From Nemertoderma westbladi (Eukaryota > Animalia > Xenacoelomorpha), in assembly GCA_032718475.1 (NCBI GenBank), contig JAUCBJ010007437.1:1-38259 (forward strand): a stretch of DNA of 38,259 bases, written 5' to 3'. The first letter of the stretch is position 1. The number at the start of each line of letters is the position of its first letter. This document shows positions 11,667 to 23,800 of this stretch, in pieces. The notes beneath the pieces were generated by a model. That model ran no database searches. It saw only the letters and a program-made list of their open reading frames with translations, and was not told the origin of the DNA. The translations under genes and the position numbers were made by a program.

Positions 11667-12888
11667 TGTACGCGCTTTTGAAGACCTTTAGCAGTTTAAC
11701 CTGCCAAAATTTATATGTCTTTTGGTTTATAAATAGACTTTAGAAAATGACAAGTATTTAATACCAATAAACACAACATTAGCCGAAGCCAGCCTAGTGC
11801 GCGTCCATTCACCCGCTGGATATACCCGGGAGACTGGATTCGGAGGGCTTAGATTGTTATTGCAGTGTAAGCTTACTGTATTATTCGATTGATCGTTAAT
11901 AAATAATTTCTGACTAATATTATTCACTTTCGGGAAATATTAACAGTTCCTTTAGGACGTGGCGCTCTATCTAGGTAAACAGAGATATGACTTATACTAA
12001 ACACAACGGTAAGTCGGTAAGGCTTATGATTCACGTATGAGGCGCATTCTTTAGGAAATGCTTAGTTATCAGTCACAATCATGCACACTACCGGTAACGC
12101 ACAATACTGCACACTAATCTGCCGACCGTCAATGAATTTTATCATACATAAAGAGAACAGCAATTGACTCATGTAGTGCCTATCAAATAGCATTAAATTC
12201 ACTACAAACCACGATAATATAAGTCGCAATCGCTATATGTAACCTGTCTCTCTAACCTGTAGTGTATCAAGAAAATTGGGAAATTTGGGTTCTTTATAGA
12301 TGTTCTCCAAATAATATTCAACCAACTGATACAAAATAATAACAACAGTAAAAGCATTAAGACGGTAGGTTAAGATATGATATGACAATGTATGTGCCGA
12401 TTGAGCCGATAACAGTTATACGCTCTATAATCTAAGCCTACTAATGTTTCTTCTAAAGTCTGAAACGAATTGACTCTAGAGCCGGTGTTCCTGGCCTAGA
12501 TAGAAACAACACAACAGTAACAAGAACTCTCTGACTCTAACACCGTTGCAGGTATCTTTTTACACAGAGAGGAATAGCTCTCATTGGCAGAACCCCAGAT
12601 TCCACAGGTTCCACGAATATCTAAATGCCGAACTATCAGGATTTTTGCAGCCCTTGGCCAACACACAAAATGAGTCACTCCGCTCGGTTGCCCTGGTTGC
12701 ATACTCTGCTGCTATAGCTCTGGTTGGCCGATAGAACATAGCAAAGAGCCCCTCGTATAACAAATCAGCCAATCAGCCGGTCGCTTTGCATCATTCGCGT
12801 TAGAGAGCTTTTTAGAGTATTCCAGCGCCTGGGAGGGAACTGGATTGCAAAGCAAAAGGGCCAGTTACATCCCACAAAAGCTTTTACA
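11667..12888 (-). repeat. 5' LTR of BEL copy 1
   Basis: 1222-bp direct repeat of 233-1454, TG...CA, followed by TSD ATACC. Confidence 0.96.
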
Positions 12889-12899
12889 ATACCTGACCT

Positions 12900-13255
12900 G
12901 ACCATTAGTCAGGTATTAGCTGGCATTAGCACCTTCCCTTAGTCGCTAGAACACCGCTATTTACTTCTATATTTAGCGACTAAATTGGTGCTAAAATCCC
13001 GCTACTCTCAGCTAGTTTTAGCTTCTCTGCATGCTAAACTGATGCTAAAATCCCGCTATTCATTAATTCGATTTATTCATACGCTAAAGTTACGCTAAAT
13101 CAAGGATTATTTCCAGATATTTAGTGGATATTTTCTCCAGCGAATTGCCGGATACTATTATCCAGCTATTAGCTGGATATTAAAACGCTAAAAACCAAGC
13201 TAACGGGGTTTAGCTGGATATTGTCCGGATATTAGCCGGATGTGTCTTTGCTGGG
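12900..13255. mobile_element. Probable right end of an old non-autonomous DNA transposon with subterminal repeats
   Basis: Many short gctaaaatcccgcta and tagctggatat motifs ending in ctttgctggg; partner TIR not found in the window. Confidence 0.35.
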
Positions 13256-13282
13256 TAAGTTCCCATCCCATTGCCATTTGAA

Positions 13283-13390
13283 GGAGCAGGTTAGAAAAAG
13301 GAGCAGGTTACACAGGAGTGATGGGGGAACCAAAACAATAAACGATAGTTAACACATCTGTTTTGTACAGGTCTTTAGTCTTTGTTTTGA
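13283..13390. repeat. Fragment of the MITE family seen at 36897-37081
   Basis: ggagcag...gggggaaccaaaacaataaacga.agttaacacat...acaggtcttt matches the reverse complement of about 36910-37020; a weaker relic lies near 15000-15050. Confidence 0.75.
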
Positions 13391-14129
13391 ACTCCCCCCC
13401 CCCCCCCCCGCCCCACCCGCTCACCTAAATACAGGCAGGTTTGTTGTTTGTGTCATTATGGTTTTAAAGCGGGAAATTTGATAGCCGGATACCAGTTCGG
13501 TAGGTTACAATACAAATGCAATACAGCTGTACCGGTACATTTCATTGTTTGGAAGGCCAACTTCATTAGTTTATGCTGCTGATTGATTATTCTCCAGTTC
13601 TTGTACTTTGCTGCTTTGAATGGGGTAGGGGTATGCGGTTGCCGATAGACGTTAAATCGTGAAACATGACTCTTCTCGCAGCTTGTAAAGATGTTTTATT
13701 TAAATATAATTGACATTACATAGGCTGATAGGTACCGGTCCGGTATTTCACTCATAATTTAAACTGTAACTGTAACTGACTTGACACTTGAGATAGGCCT
13801 AGTCAGCTAGTGAGATGTACTTCCTCATCCTCTGTCTGTCTTAGTGTTAGACCGGAGCTCCGGCTCCGGTCCGGATCCGGCCCGGAAAATGGTGCTCCGG
13901 TTCCGGTCCGGCTCCGGCTAAAATATGACCGGAGGACCGGAGCTCCAGTTGCCAGTATAAAACTGTAAAAGACAGACAGAGACACACAATGTACAATGCA
14001 CAATCAGTTGTCCACAGTCACAGTCATCTAGTCTAGTCCATCATAGTACAGCTACACTGCCTACTGTGTACTGCTGTACTGGCCTACCAGGTGCCAGCTG
14101 CCAGGCTGAGGCTACAAAGACAGGCCAGT

Positions 14130-16052
14130 CAGTCGGTGAGAAGTCAAAAATTGGACTTGAGTCCAAAATTGGACTTCGACTCCAGTTCAAGTCCAAAATT
14201 GGACTTCTGTGAGTCCAATATTGGACTTCAAATCAGCCAATTGTTCCAGGGCCTTGGGTAATTGGATCGGGCGGAATTTTTTTTTTTTAATCGAAAGTAT
14301 ATCAAAAAATAAAAGTTTTGAACAGGGGGACCTGAAATTCACCAGGGGGAACTTTTTTTATAAGGCTTTGAATTTTACAAAAGTCCAATATTGGACTTTA
14401 AGTCCAATTTTGGACGTGACATTGAGAATCAAACTTAAAGGTACATGAAGCATGACAGATGAGAGACAGCCAGGCAGCTATTAAGTTATGGAAAGTTACT
14501 TTTGCAGAGCTCTGTATGTATCTTCAGCGTACTGTACTTAGAATATAATGGTGCATTCTAGCATTCTAGGCTGCTAGGTACTTCGTACTTAGCATATTGT
14601 TTAGTTTTCATTCATGTTATGTCTAACCTTACAGCCCTATGTACCCAGGACTTGAGAGTCTTTTTGGACTAGATTGGATTATGCTCCAACAAATATTTAA
14701 CTACAAATTATATTTGGTGGAAACTGGTAGCAATGCCAGGTTTGCCAACTGCAGCTGCTGCTAAGGCTAACTACAGTACAAGCTACGATTTCGTCTAAGC
14801 CTATGGCTGTATGGGAGCCCTATCAGAAAGAAATTCTACAAGTTGATGCTTTCACCATCTCTTCTAACTTTTCCATACAACTGTACAACAGGAAGGGTAT
14901 TTTAAAACGGCTGGATAATGAAAGGGGATTAACTGATTAACGTGTTGGGGTCTCCACATAATAAGTACAGAAGTAACACACGTCATGAACCAATTGAGGG
15001 AAAGGAGCAGGTTACAGAGGCAGGCATTTCTAACTAAAACAATAAACGGCCACTTTTGACTTTACCAATTGAAGGAGCCCTATCACCACATAGGGCATGT
15101 GCTTATACATACAGAAGCGGGCTTTTCTAACCAACTACTACTACAATCGGCATGCTGCATTGCAGCTGCATTATATATATAGGCCCTATTAAGAATGCTG
15201 TGCCGGCTTGTTGACAAAATTGCGCCTCCACAACTCCCTTACAGCCTTATCACTCATGACATTTGTTAGATCATCCGCATCTTCAAGGCCAGTGTCCTTT
15301 AAGACAGTAAGAAAGATGCGTATCAAGAAAGTCATGGGCTGTCCACCATGCTTATTCACTCCATGAGGTGCACTGATTGGTCCTCACGGCGAAAGCAATG
15401 TCCTGCAAAGCAGAGGCGGCTTTGTTCTAGTGTCAAGCTTGAGGGAACCAATGAGACACCTCCAACTCCAATGTTATAGGCCCTATCAGCCTATAGCGTC
15501 TCGTTGGAGATATGTGCATTGTACTTGACACAGTGAACCTAATCAAAACAATTAGTCAATAAACATTATTAACTCAATAACATAATAGGTTACAGTTAAC
15601 AGTAGTCTTATTTTTGCCTTATGAAAATACCACAGGTATGGGTATGAATGAACTATACAGCTATAAATCAACTACCACGATGCGGTATACACCGCTAAGG
15701 CAGTAAGTAAGGCTACGGCAAAGTCATACCACTACCTGACTACCGCAAAAAGTAACTACTGATGTCTGACTGTATATGCGATCCCTGCTTATGATACTTA
15801 GAATAATTAATTTGATCATTAAAATAATGTCAGAATGTTGCATTGTAATTAATTAGGCCTACTGAATTATGTAATATGCATGATATGTATGTAGGGCCTA
15901 CAGACTGCAGGATGCAGTTTTGATTTAAATACCGATATATACAGTATAGCAGCATGGGTACACTTCGCACTTGGAGTTGTACTAAAGTCCAATATTGGAC
16001 TTCGGAGTCCAAAATTGGACTTGAAGTCCAATTTTTGACTTCTCACCGACTG
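14130..16052. mobile_element. Nested non-autonomous TIR element with 5-bp TSD
   Basis: TIR cagtcggtgagaagtcaaaaattggactt at both ends; CCAGT duplicated at 14125-14129 and 16053-16057; repeated quasi-palindrome agtccaa(a/t)attggact. Confidence 0.85.
15210..15531 (-). pseudogene. Decayed 3' end of an RTE-type non-LTR retrotransposon ORF
   Basis: Manual minus-strand translation across frameshifts: VKYNAHISNETL*...LEQSRLCFAGHCFRREDQ...HGVNKHGGQPMTF...LKDTGLEDADDLTNVMSDK...ELWRR, matching the RTE post-RT pattern (RRLRFAGH, GRP, M.DR..WR). Confidence 0.75.
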
Positions 16053-16859
16053 CCAGTCAGTACACTAGTACCTACAGTACTGTGTACTGTACTACCTACT
16101 GACCTACTCACTCTCTGACTCTGTCTAGCCTGTCTGCCTGTCGCTGTCACTAGCCTAGCCTAGTACAGTAGTATTAGTACTAGTACCTACCTATACCTAC
16201 CTGTCTACATTTACAGATCTACTGGCAGACTGCAGGACTGAGTTGATGCTATCAACCATTCTTCTAGGTATTGCATCATTGATCTGTTGTTTTGTTAGAT
16301 TTAATATGTAATAAAACTACCCGACTACAGTCAGACAGTCAGACCGTAATGTACTGGTTTATGAGTATAAATAAACAAAGTCAGAAAGTGGAGAAGTTGG
16401 CTCACTTAATAGCTGTGTAGTGGACTAACTGCAACATGCCAGGTCGTATTATAGTACAGTCTGACAGTGCAGCAGTGGTACCGGTACCTTTAGGTCATAG
16501 CCTACAGTCATACCAGGCACCAGGCCTCAATATATAATTTTTAATTTTACTTACCCGGTCCGGCTCCGGTTCCGGCTCCGGTACTTTTGGAATTTACCCG
16601 GTCCGGTTCCGGCTCCGGCAAAAATCTGGCTCCGGTCTAACGCTAGCTGTCTGTATTGTCTAGGGTCCTGTTCTGTCCTAAACGTTATACGAAGCAGGAC
16701 CTTATAGCCCCTGGAACTTTATCGCCCCTATAAATTGCATTTTTGTTGGGAACTTATCCCCCCCCCCCCCCCCCCCAGTTCTGAGTTTAACAATCACGTT
16801 ACAGGTTACTGGCTACTGGGTTAGGTTCTCGTTATTAGAAAACGTACCGGTACTGCGCA

Positions 16860-17675
16860 ATGGCAGCTGAATACATGTCTGTTCACCCGTTTGACTATTA
16901 CAATAAATTTATACAGCAGGATATCCGTCCTGATGGGCGGAGCCTCTCGGAATTTCGTCACACAATACTAACCACTGGCACGATAAATACAGCCGACTCA
17001 TCGGCCACCGTAAAACTCGGACAGACCTTCCTGTGTTGCGGCATTAAACTGGAACTAGGCAAACCCACGGAGGACAATCCGAATGAAGGCTTTATCGTAC
17101 CCAACATCGAGATGACTCCGCTGTGCGAGACGTCATTTAAACCCGGACCACCCTCCGCCTACCAACAGGCCGCCAACCAATACCTGTTGGAACTCCTGAC
17201 TAACTCGGAGGTTATTGACCTCACCCAGTTGTGTGTCACCCAGGGCGAACTGTGTTGGTGCATCTACGCTGATATTGTGTGTCTCAACTGGGACGGTAAC
17301 ATTCGTGACGCTAGTTGGATCGCCCTAATAACAGCGCTCTCTCGACTCAAACTTCCTCGAATCGTCTTTGACGAAGAAACTCAGAAACATTTACTCGATA
17401 AGGAAACAACTCAGAAACACCTGGATGTCAATCCGATTCCAGTTTCAACGACTTTCGCGATATTCAATGATTCCATTGTTATAGTTGATCCAAACTTACA
17501 GGAAGAGAAAATCACTCGGTCTACATTGTCTATAGCCATCACTAAAGATGGGGAAGTATGTAGCGTTTATAAATCTGGTGGTTCTGGTTTGAAGACTTGC
17601 CAACTAGGTGTCTGTATGAGACGAGCGTTAGAACGTGCAGTAGATATTATAGAGCTAATTGATAAAACAGCATAA
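16860..17675 (+). CDS. EXOSC8: Exosome complex component RRP43 (RNase PH family), single-exon CDS
   Basis: 271-aa ORF; N-terminus MAAEYMSVHPFDYYNKFIQQDIRPDGRSLSEFR resembles animal EXOSC8; RNase PH motifs SATVKLG, FKPGPP, DIVCLNWDGN, DP...EE, KSGG. Confidence 0.93.
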   Translation: MAAEYMSVHPFDYYNKFIQQDIRPDGRSLSEFRHTILTTGTINTADSSATVKLGQTFLCCGIKLELGKPTEDNPNEGFIVPNIEMTPLCETSFKPGPPSAYQQAANQYLLELLTNSEVIDLTQLCVTQGELCWCIYADIVCLNWDGNIRDASWIALITALSRLKLPRIVFDEETQKHLLDKETTQKHLDVNPIPVSTTFAIFNDSIVIVDPNLQEEKITRSTLSIAITKDGEVCSVYKSGGSGLKTCQLGVCMRRALERAVDIIELIDKTA

Positions 17676-19264
17676 TATATTTGAATAGAGTACGGAATAT
17701 ATTACTTTATATTATAATATAATATGTTAATACATAATATTATGAAATTATAACGATGCACTAGCATCGTCATCGTGTGTGTACTGGGTAATCGTGCGTC
17801 CGAGCTCAATTTATTATCATGTGATACACTATTTACCCCCCCCCCCCCCATAGCTAAATTGGTTGTTGGTTGGGTCTGATTAGCAAAATGGGGTGTTGGT
17901 TGGGGTAAAAAACTAAGCGTTAGGGGAAATAAGTTCGTGGGCTGATGTTCATTTTGGATTCCAATGAAAACAACTGAGAGGTTGGTTATGGTTATATTAG
18001 CCGTGGACTCACCCGTAAATTATTATTGAGGTAAATAAATCCCAAGGATTTTTTTATTGGATAGGATTCGTGTACGAAAAAAATATGTGACAGAAACAAT
18101 TGAATAAGTTGTAACAATGGGTGTTGAATCGAGTGGTGGGTTGTGTGTTTATTTAATAGTGGCGCTGCAAAAATGTCCTATAGATAGTTATAAATTAGTA
18201 TTAAATTGTAAAGAACGAATTATTTCAAAAAGTTGTCTGATATTTTTGTGCACAATCACACTCTAGACATTCAGTCAAAGTTTTCAAATAATTTGGACAA
18301 AAATTGTAGATGTAGTAGGGTTTTGAGGTTGTTAAAGTCGGGAAAAAAATATTCTGTGATAATTGCAGTTAAACAATGTGAAAACAAAATTATTTTCAAT
18401 TGTTCGCAGTTTATGAAAATTGCCATAACTCGAAAACTAAAAGAGCTAGAACTGCTAAGCCGTTTTTAGATTTGAAATCTCCGTTAACATCTGTTTATTC
18501 GGGGTTGGTATGTTTTTATACAAATAAACTGGATAAGTAACATTTAATATATCTGAATATCTATTAAAACCAATTAAAATATAATAATTAATTACAAACA
18601 AATGAATGATGTATAACTTATTAGATGAGAAATAATCAATAAGTTTCGTAAAGCACTATTCAAGCTGTATATCATATTTTAAGTGTCATAAGGCCCTAAG
18701 TCAAAAATTGCAATTGTTCCGGAGAGCCTATAAAATATAGAGAGATAAATAGGTCCTTTCTGCAGTAAAATACTGTCCAATAGGATTATTGGATTTCATC
18801 TTATTACGTAATAATCATCACCTCCCATTGGTTAAAGTGTTCAAAATTTCACCAGCTGATAGCATGTCTTAAAAGTGTGGAATTTTATAAAAAATAAATC
18901 CGACAAAAATTGACTTAAGCTTATGACACTTAAGCTAAGATATGGTGGGATGATTATAATTCAAAATTACTGAGGTAATAAAGTTATACAAAGTGTGAGT
19001 AAAATTGAACATAAAACCTAAGAATGAACAGTTACAATGGAAAATTAGAAAGTCAATATCTCTAGTTGACCGAACATAATACCGGTACTGTATTCGCAAT
19101 GGAAGACCTATGGAAATAAACATATGGCTTATCTTCGACAAAATTGAATAATTCTTCACAACTATTGGGGTCCGCCACTCACTGTAACCCATGTGGTGAC
19201 GGGAGGAGTTACTTACACAATATAATGATAATGCACGTGGTAAATAGTAATGAACCTAGATGGA

Positions 19265-20128
19265 TTAACTATCAGTGACTGCTTCAGTGTCTAGTTTCCG
19301 TTTACGAATTCCTGACTCTTCATCAGAAACATCGTCATCTTTACCTAAGTGCACGTCGGTGCTGTTATCGTTGGCAGTCTGTAAGTCGCTGTCTGTGTCC
19401 GCAGACATTACCTTATCTACAGGGTCGTCACCTGTAGTAATCGTCTCTCTGGGTCGACGTTTCGACCTAAACATCATCTGCATGACGTCGATACAACCGA
19501 CCATAGCAATACCCAGGAGTAGACCCCCGACAACGGTGAACAGACCGAAAAGGCAATAGGATGCCCAATCAGGGAGACCCAGGGTCTCCGTTTGGTACGT
19601 ATGTAAAGCTCGGAAATACATGGAAACATTAAAAATCATCGACATTCCTTCCATAAGAACGGAATTCGGCGACAAGTACCAAGATAATGGTTCTAGTTGG
19701 GTCCATTTCTTATCGGTTATAAGTGCGACTAGTTCCTGGGCGTCTCGTGGGCCGTTGTACTGCCGGAATTCCCCTCCTATCGCGTGGAACACGCTCGGTA
19801 AACGGGTGATTGTGAACCGACCGCTGAGCCCCGGCTGCTCCGTTATATCCACGTCGGCTACTCGGATCCCGAGTTCGCGCGACTTGGAGGCGAGATGTTT
19901 CCACGCCGGCACCGTCGCTCGGCACGCAGGACACCATGGCGCGAAAAACTCGAGCATCCACTCCCCGTCCAGAACCTGCCGCCAGTTCCCTTCGTCCAGG
20001 TGGATGACCTCTGATTCCGTCTCAGTCTGACAAGAATAGACGGGGAGTTGTATGGTAATAAGTATTAATGATATCGATATGATTATTGCAATAGGCCTAC
20101 TATTGCAAATTGATTCCTTGAAATCCAT
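19265..20128 (-). CDS. TMX1: Thioredoxin-related transmembrane protein 1-like, single-exon CDS
   Basis: First ATG at 20128; hydrophobic signal peptide, thioredoxin domain FFAPWCPAC (CPAC typical of TMX1), QPGLSGRF, one TM helix, acidic tail with IRKRK ER-retention-like motif. Confidence 0.9.
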   Translation of the reverse strand: MDFKESICNSRPIAIIISISLILITIQLPVYSCQTETESEVIHLDEGNWRQVLDGEWMLEFFAPWCPACRATVPAWKHLASKSRELGIRVADVDITEQPGLSGRFTITRLPSVFHAIGGEFRQYNGPRDAQELVALITDKKWTQLEPLSWYLSPNSVLMEGMSMIFNVSMYFRALHTYQTETLGLPDWASYCLFGLFTVVGGLLLGIAMVGCIDVMQMMFRSKRRPRETITTGDDPVDKVMSADTDSDLQTANDNSTDVHLGKDDDVSDEESGIRKRKLDTEAVTDS

Positions 20129-20869
20129 TATCTGCGCCAAAACTTGAGTTTAATATGCAGATAAGACAGAATATCTGAAGATTGATTTTGATTAGCCTAT
20201 TATTCGTTTTATCGGGATGAGTACTGAGTACAGGAGTAGGCCAGGCCTATCTGCTGATTCTGGAATACTGGAATATGCAACTTTAATAATAATAATATTA
20301 TGACCTTTCAGACCTTATACTTGACTTATACGTAACTTGACTTTTATGTGATTATGATACAGTTGTTACAGTGTTAGAGAACGAAATTAGAATACAGAAT
20401 ATATATAAATTACTGAACTAGCAAAACTACTGTATGATACATTAACGATCAATCCTCGCTGGAATTATGACGTGTTGAATGACAGTTTATACCGGTATCT
20501 CAAAGTTAAACAAACCCGAGTTAACACAGGTGGTTCAATACGAAATACAAGTGTGTAGGCCCTACTATGTACATAACTGATGAGGCGGCATGCAACGGCC
20601 AGGGGGTCAATTGTTAACATATTGAATCATTGTGCGCAACCGCATATATTAATTAGCCGGGAAGACTCTTATTTCCAAAATGCATATGACTGACACATAT
20701 GTAAACTTATGCTACTAGGCCTACTGTATGTACTGACGTAGATAAAGCCCTTATGCTTAAGTATGGTACTGCTGTACTGTACAAACCATAAGCGATACAG
20801 AGATGATATATTCTAGTCATGTCTCCTACCGTACCTTGCTGAGGTACCGGTACCATTATATAGCACTAC

Positions 20870-23800
20870 CATGGCCTACTATATACTACGGCCTACCAGG
20901 TCACCTTGAGAGGCCTCTTGAAAAGAGGCCACTTATTTCAATATTATGTAACTGGTAAGTTGTACACAAATTTACCACCCACCCCCTAATACCACTAAAT
21001 CGACTATCGCGAATTCAATGGGTGTATTTTTAAATGTTTATTGGCAGCCTGAAACGATGGACAACTAACTTTTTTGACATTTTCAATATGAAGACTGGTT
21101 GAAAGCCCGAGACTATTCCTCTAGTCAGACGATAATCGACGTGTAAAAACGCGTTAATACAGTATGTGGGTCGAGTCACGAAGTCAGGCGTAGCCTGAGC
21201 ACACAATTATACAAGTATACACACGAAACATCGCGAATTAAACAGCATTCATATATTGTGTTATTAATCGGGAAACCTGCTATTTTTAGAAAACATTTTA
21301 TTGATTATTGTAATATTCCTCAATCTTGTATTGATGTTTAATTTTAACGACAATACTTTCTTTTTAAAAAGTGATAATTTTTATGGAATATATCGGCTCG
21401 TCTACTGCTCGATATTAATATTATCATTATTTATTAAGAATTAATCTACTGTAATTAATTTATAAATGTACTTAAGAAAAGCTAATTATAAATTATAGAA
21501 GCACATTGATAGCACATTGATAACTCATTTACGGAATTTGGATATCTGCCTTTTCTTAAAGTTTGTGATACTATCACATCGTATTTCGTCACTTTTCGCC
21601 TTCTGCATGTTATTGAAATATATGTTAATAATTGTTCGATAGATCGTGACGGAGTAGTTCTTATGGTAATCACAAAATGGCGATGTACCATAAAGTTCAA
21701 GGAAATGGAGTGCTGCCCTTCTTATAGGAATACCCGATCTCAATAGAATATGATGTACACAGTCTAATCTAGCAAAACACGTTGCCACAACATCCGTGAA
21801 TTCTTTTGAAGGTATTTTAAGTGCTCCTCTGTTCAAAACTTCAACATAGTCAGATGGATTTGATTGGGATCCGAATGGGTTAGTATCAGACCCACCAGCA
21901 CCACCACTATCATCTGTATAAAGGTTCGTTGGGCAACTATCGCAAGGTTGCTTAACTATTGACAGCTTGTGCAACAAGAAGCCTGACTCATATTTGACGA
22001 CTTCTAAGCTAATATCGGATAGCTCTGCGGTAAGTACGGGATCAACCATATCTGCCAATTCATTGTTGAGGGAAGTCCAGTTAATGGGATCGGGTCTAAA
22101 GCTTTCTTCCTTCCAGAAGTCAATGTGGCATTTTAATAAAGTTTGAAGACGAGTTATTCTTTCAGCATTTCTAACTTCTCGAAGTGATACTAGGAACCGA
22201 CCACCACTCATTTGCCGAAACTTAGAATATCTCAACTCCAATGGGTCAGACTGTAGCCGCGATGTCAATATATAATCATAGTCCTCCGCGAGAAGATCCT
22301 CAATTAGATCAGCTGCGCAACGTAGTGACTGTGAGAACGCTTTACTTGTCTGAGGGGTTAACCCACATCCACGCCACTGAATGCCATGATCTCCCACACT
22401 GACTGAAGATCGCCAATCGTCATTCCATTCAGCCAACTTGCGAAGGAATTCAGGTCTTTTATCGCCGGGGACTGCAGCATTACCAAGCTTGTTACATTGG
22501 TGGAATCTCTGTTTGGAGTTACTAATGAGCCACCAGGTGTTAATGAGTTGTAAGAACTGCGCCGTTGGCGCTCGGTTTGGAAAATATTGTTCCATAGCAG
22601 CGGTGGTCTTCTCATCGAATATAGCTAATGCCAACTTTACTGATTGTTTATTATTTCCTGGGTGGAGAGAGCTATATGTCAGTGAGTGTGCCATGCGAAA
22701 ATGGGCATCAAGCTGGTCGGCATCGTAAAGATCTAATAGGTCTCTCCATCTACATTCACCATTGATGACGGTGATTGGATCCTGGAAATCTGTAAATGAG
22801 AACGCAGGAAAATTAAAAGCCTTTCCATTGATAAGACTGTTTCGAATGTTCTTGACTAAGTGAACAGGATCGTACATCAGATATATTGTAGATCCATTAA
22901 ATTTAATAACACGATTCAAATAATAGAGATCAGTGGGGTCATTGGGGGGATATAATTGGAAAAGTTTAGCAAACATCGAAACATTCACAGACAGGTTGTC
23001 TGTCGATATTGCTCTGACATGTAATCCCGCACTAAATACATCATTCAGCACAGAGATAGTCTCGGTTGTCTGCCAGTCTTTAAGTACAGAGACGACTGGA
23101 ACTGCTCGCACGATGTAAGAGATACCCTTCTTTATGCTAACAACCATAAAGCAGACAATTCCACTAAAACATTCTCCGTCCTCGTTTACTCCAGTGAACT
23201 CTCCTTGGCTGTAACTGGCTTCCTTCTGTAGTTTCATCTCGTCTATTATTAGAATAACATCGGTATCAATTGCCCCTTTATTAACCATACCAATAAGAGC
23301 TTTCATCCCATCAACTCCGCCAACTTGTAGATTGTTCAGGAGTGTCCACGATGGCAACTGTATTTCTGATCGAAGTATAGAATACGCTTGGGCAGATGTA
23401 TACCGCATCATTAGCGCAAAGCGAATGACATTATGCGAATATGGGGGTCTTCCATATTTATCATAATTTTGATATTGCCATATCTCGTTGAAAATTTCTG
23501 AGGAAGAGTCATCACTGGCATTCTTCAGATATACTGCGAAGTTTTCAATTTGTGTCGTATTTGTGATTGTGCACAAACTCGATTTTGAGAACCAGATTGG
23601 AAGCGGAATAGGCCGCTGGCACAGTTCAAGCTGAACGTGTAAATCCCGAGATATCCTAATCGACCCCTTTAATCTAGGCATTCTGGATTGTGTGTCGAGT
23701 TCGTACAAAAAAACGCGTTCATCTGTTTTATCAAAAATATATCCATCGTCCAAAGATGTAACTCCGTAACGGATATTGAAAGACTGTTGTTCGTCGGGTT

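Larger units (their letters stand above)
233..12888 (-). mobile_element. Non-autonomous BEL/Pao LTR retrotransposon, copy 1 (both LTRs present)
   Basis: Two 1222-bp direct repeats (233-1454, 11667-12888) with TG...CA ends; 5-bp TSD ATACC at 228-232 and 12889-12893; internal BEL/Pao Gag-protease ORF on the minus strand; purine tract next to the 3' LTR. Confidence 0.96.
13840..16646. mobile_element. hAT-like non-autonomous DNA transposon with CCGG-rich subterminal repeats
   Basis: TIR tagtgttagaccggagc (13842) / gctccggtctaacgcta (ends 16645); arrays of ccggctccggt near both ends; 8-bp flanking repeat ctgtctgt (13832-13839, 16647-16654) with a 1-bp boundary ambiguity. Confidence 0.7.

Noticed and set aside
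16695-17950. Weak inverted similarity flanking EXOSC8 (agccc..gaactt.at..cccct) suggesting Pack-MULE capture
   Set aside because: The match is short and degenerate, no TSD was found, and independent repeat relics explain it
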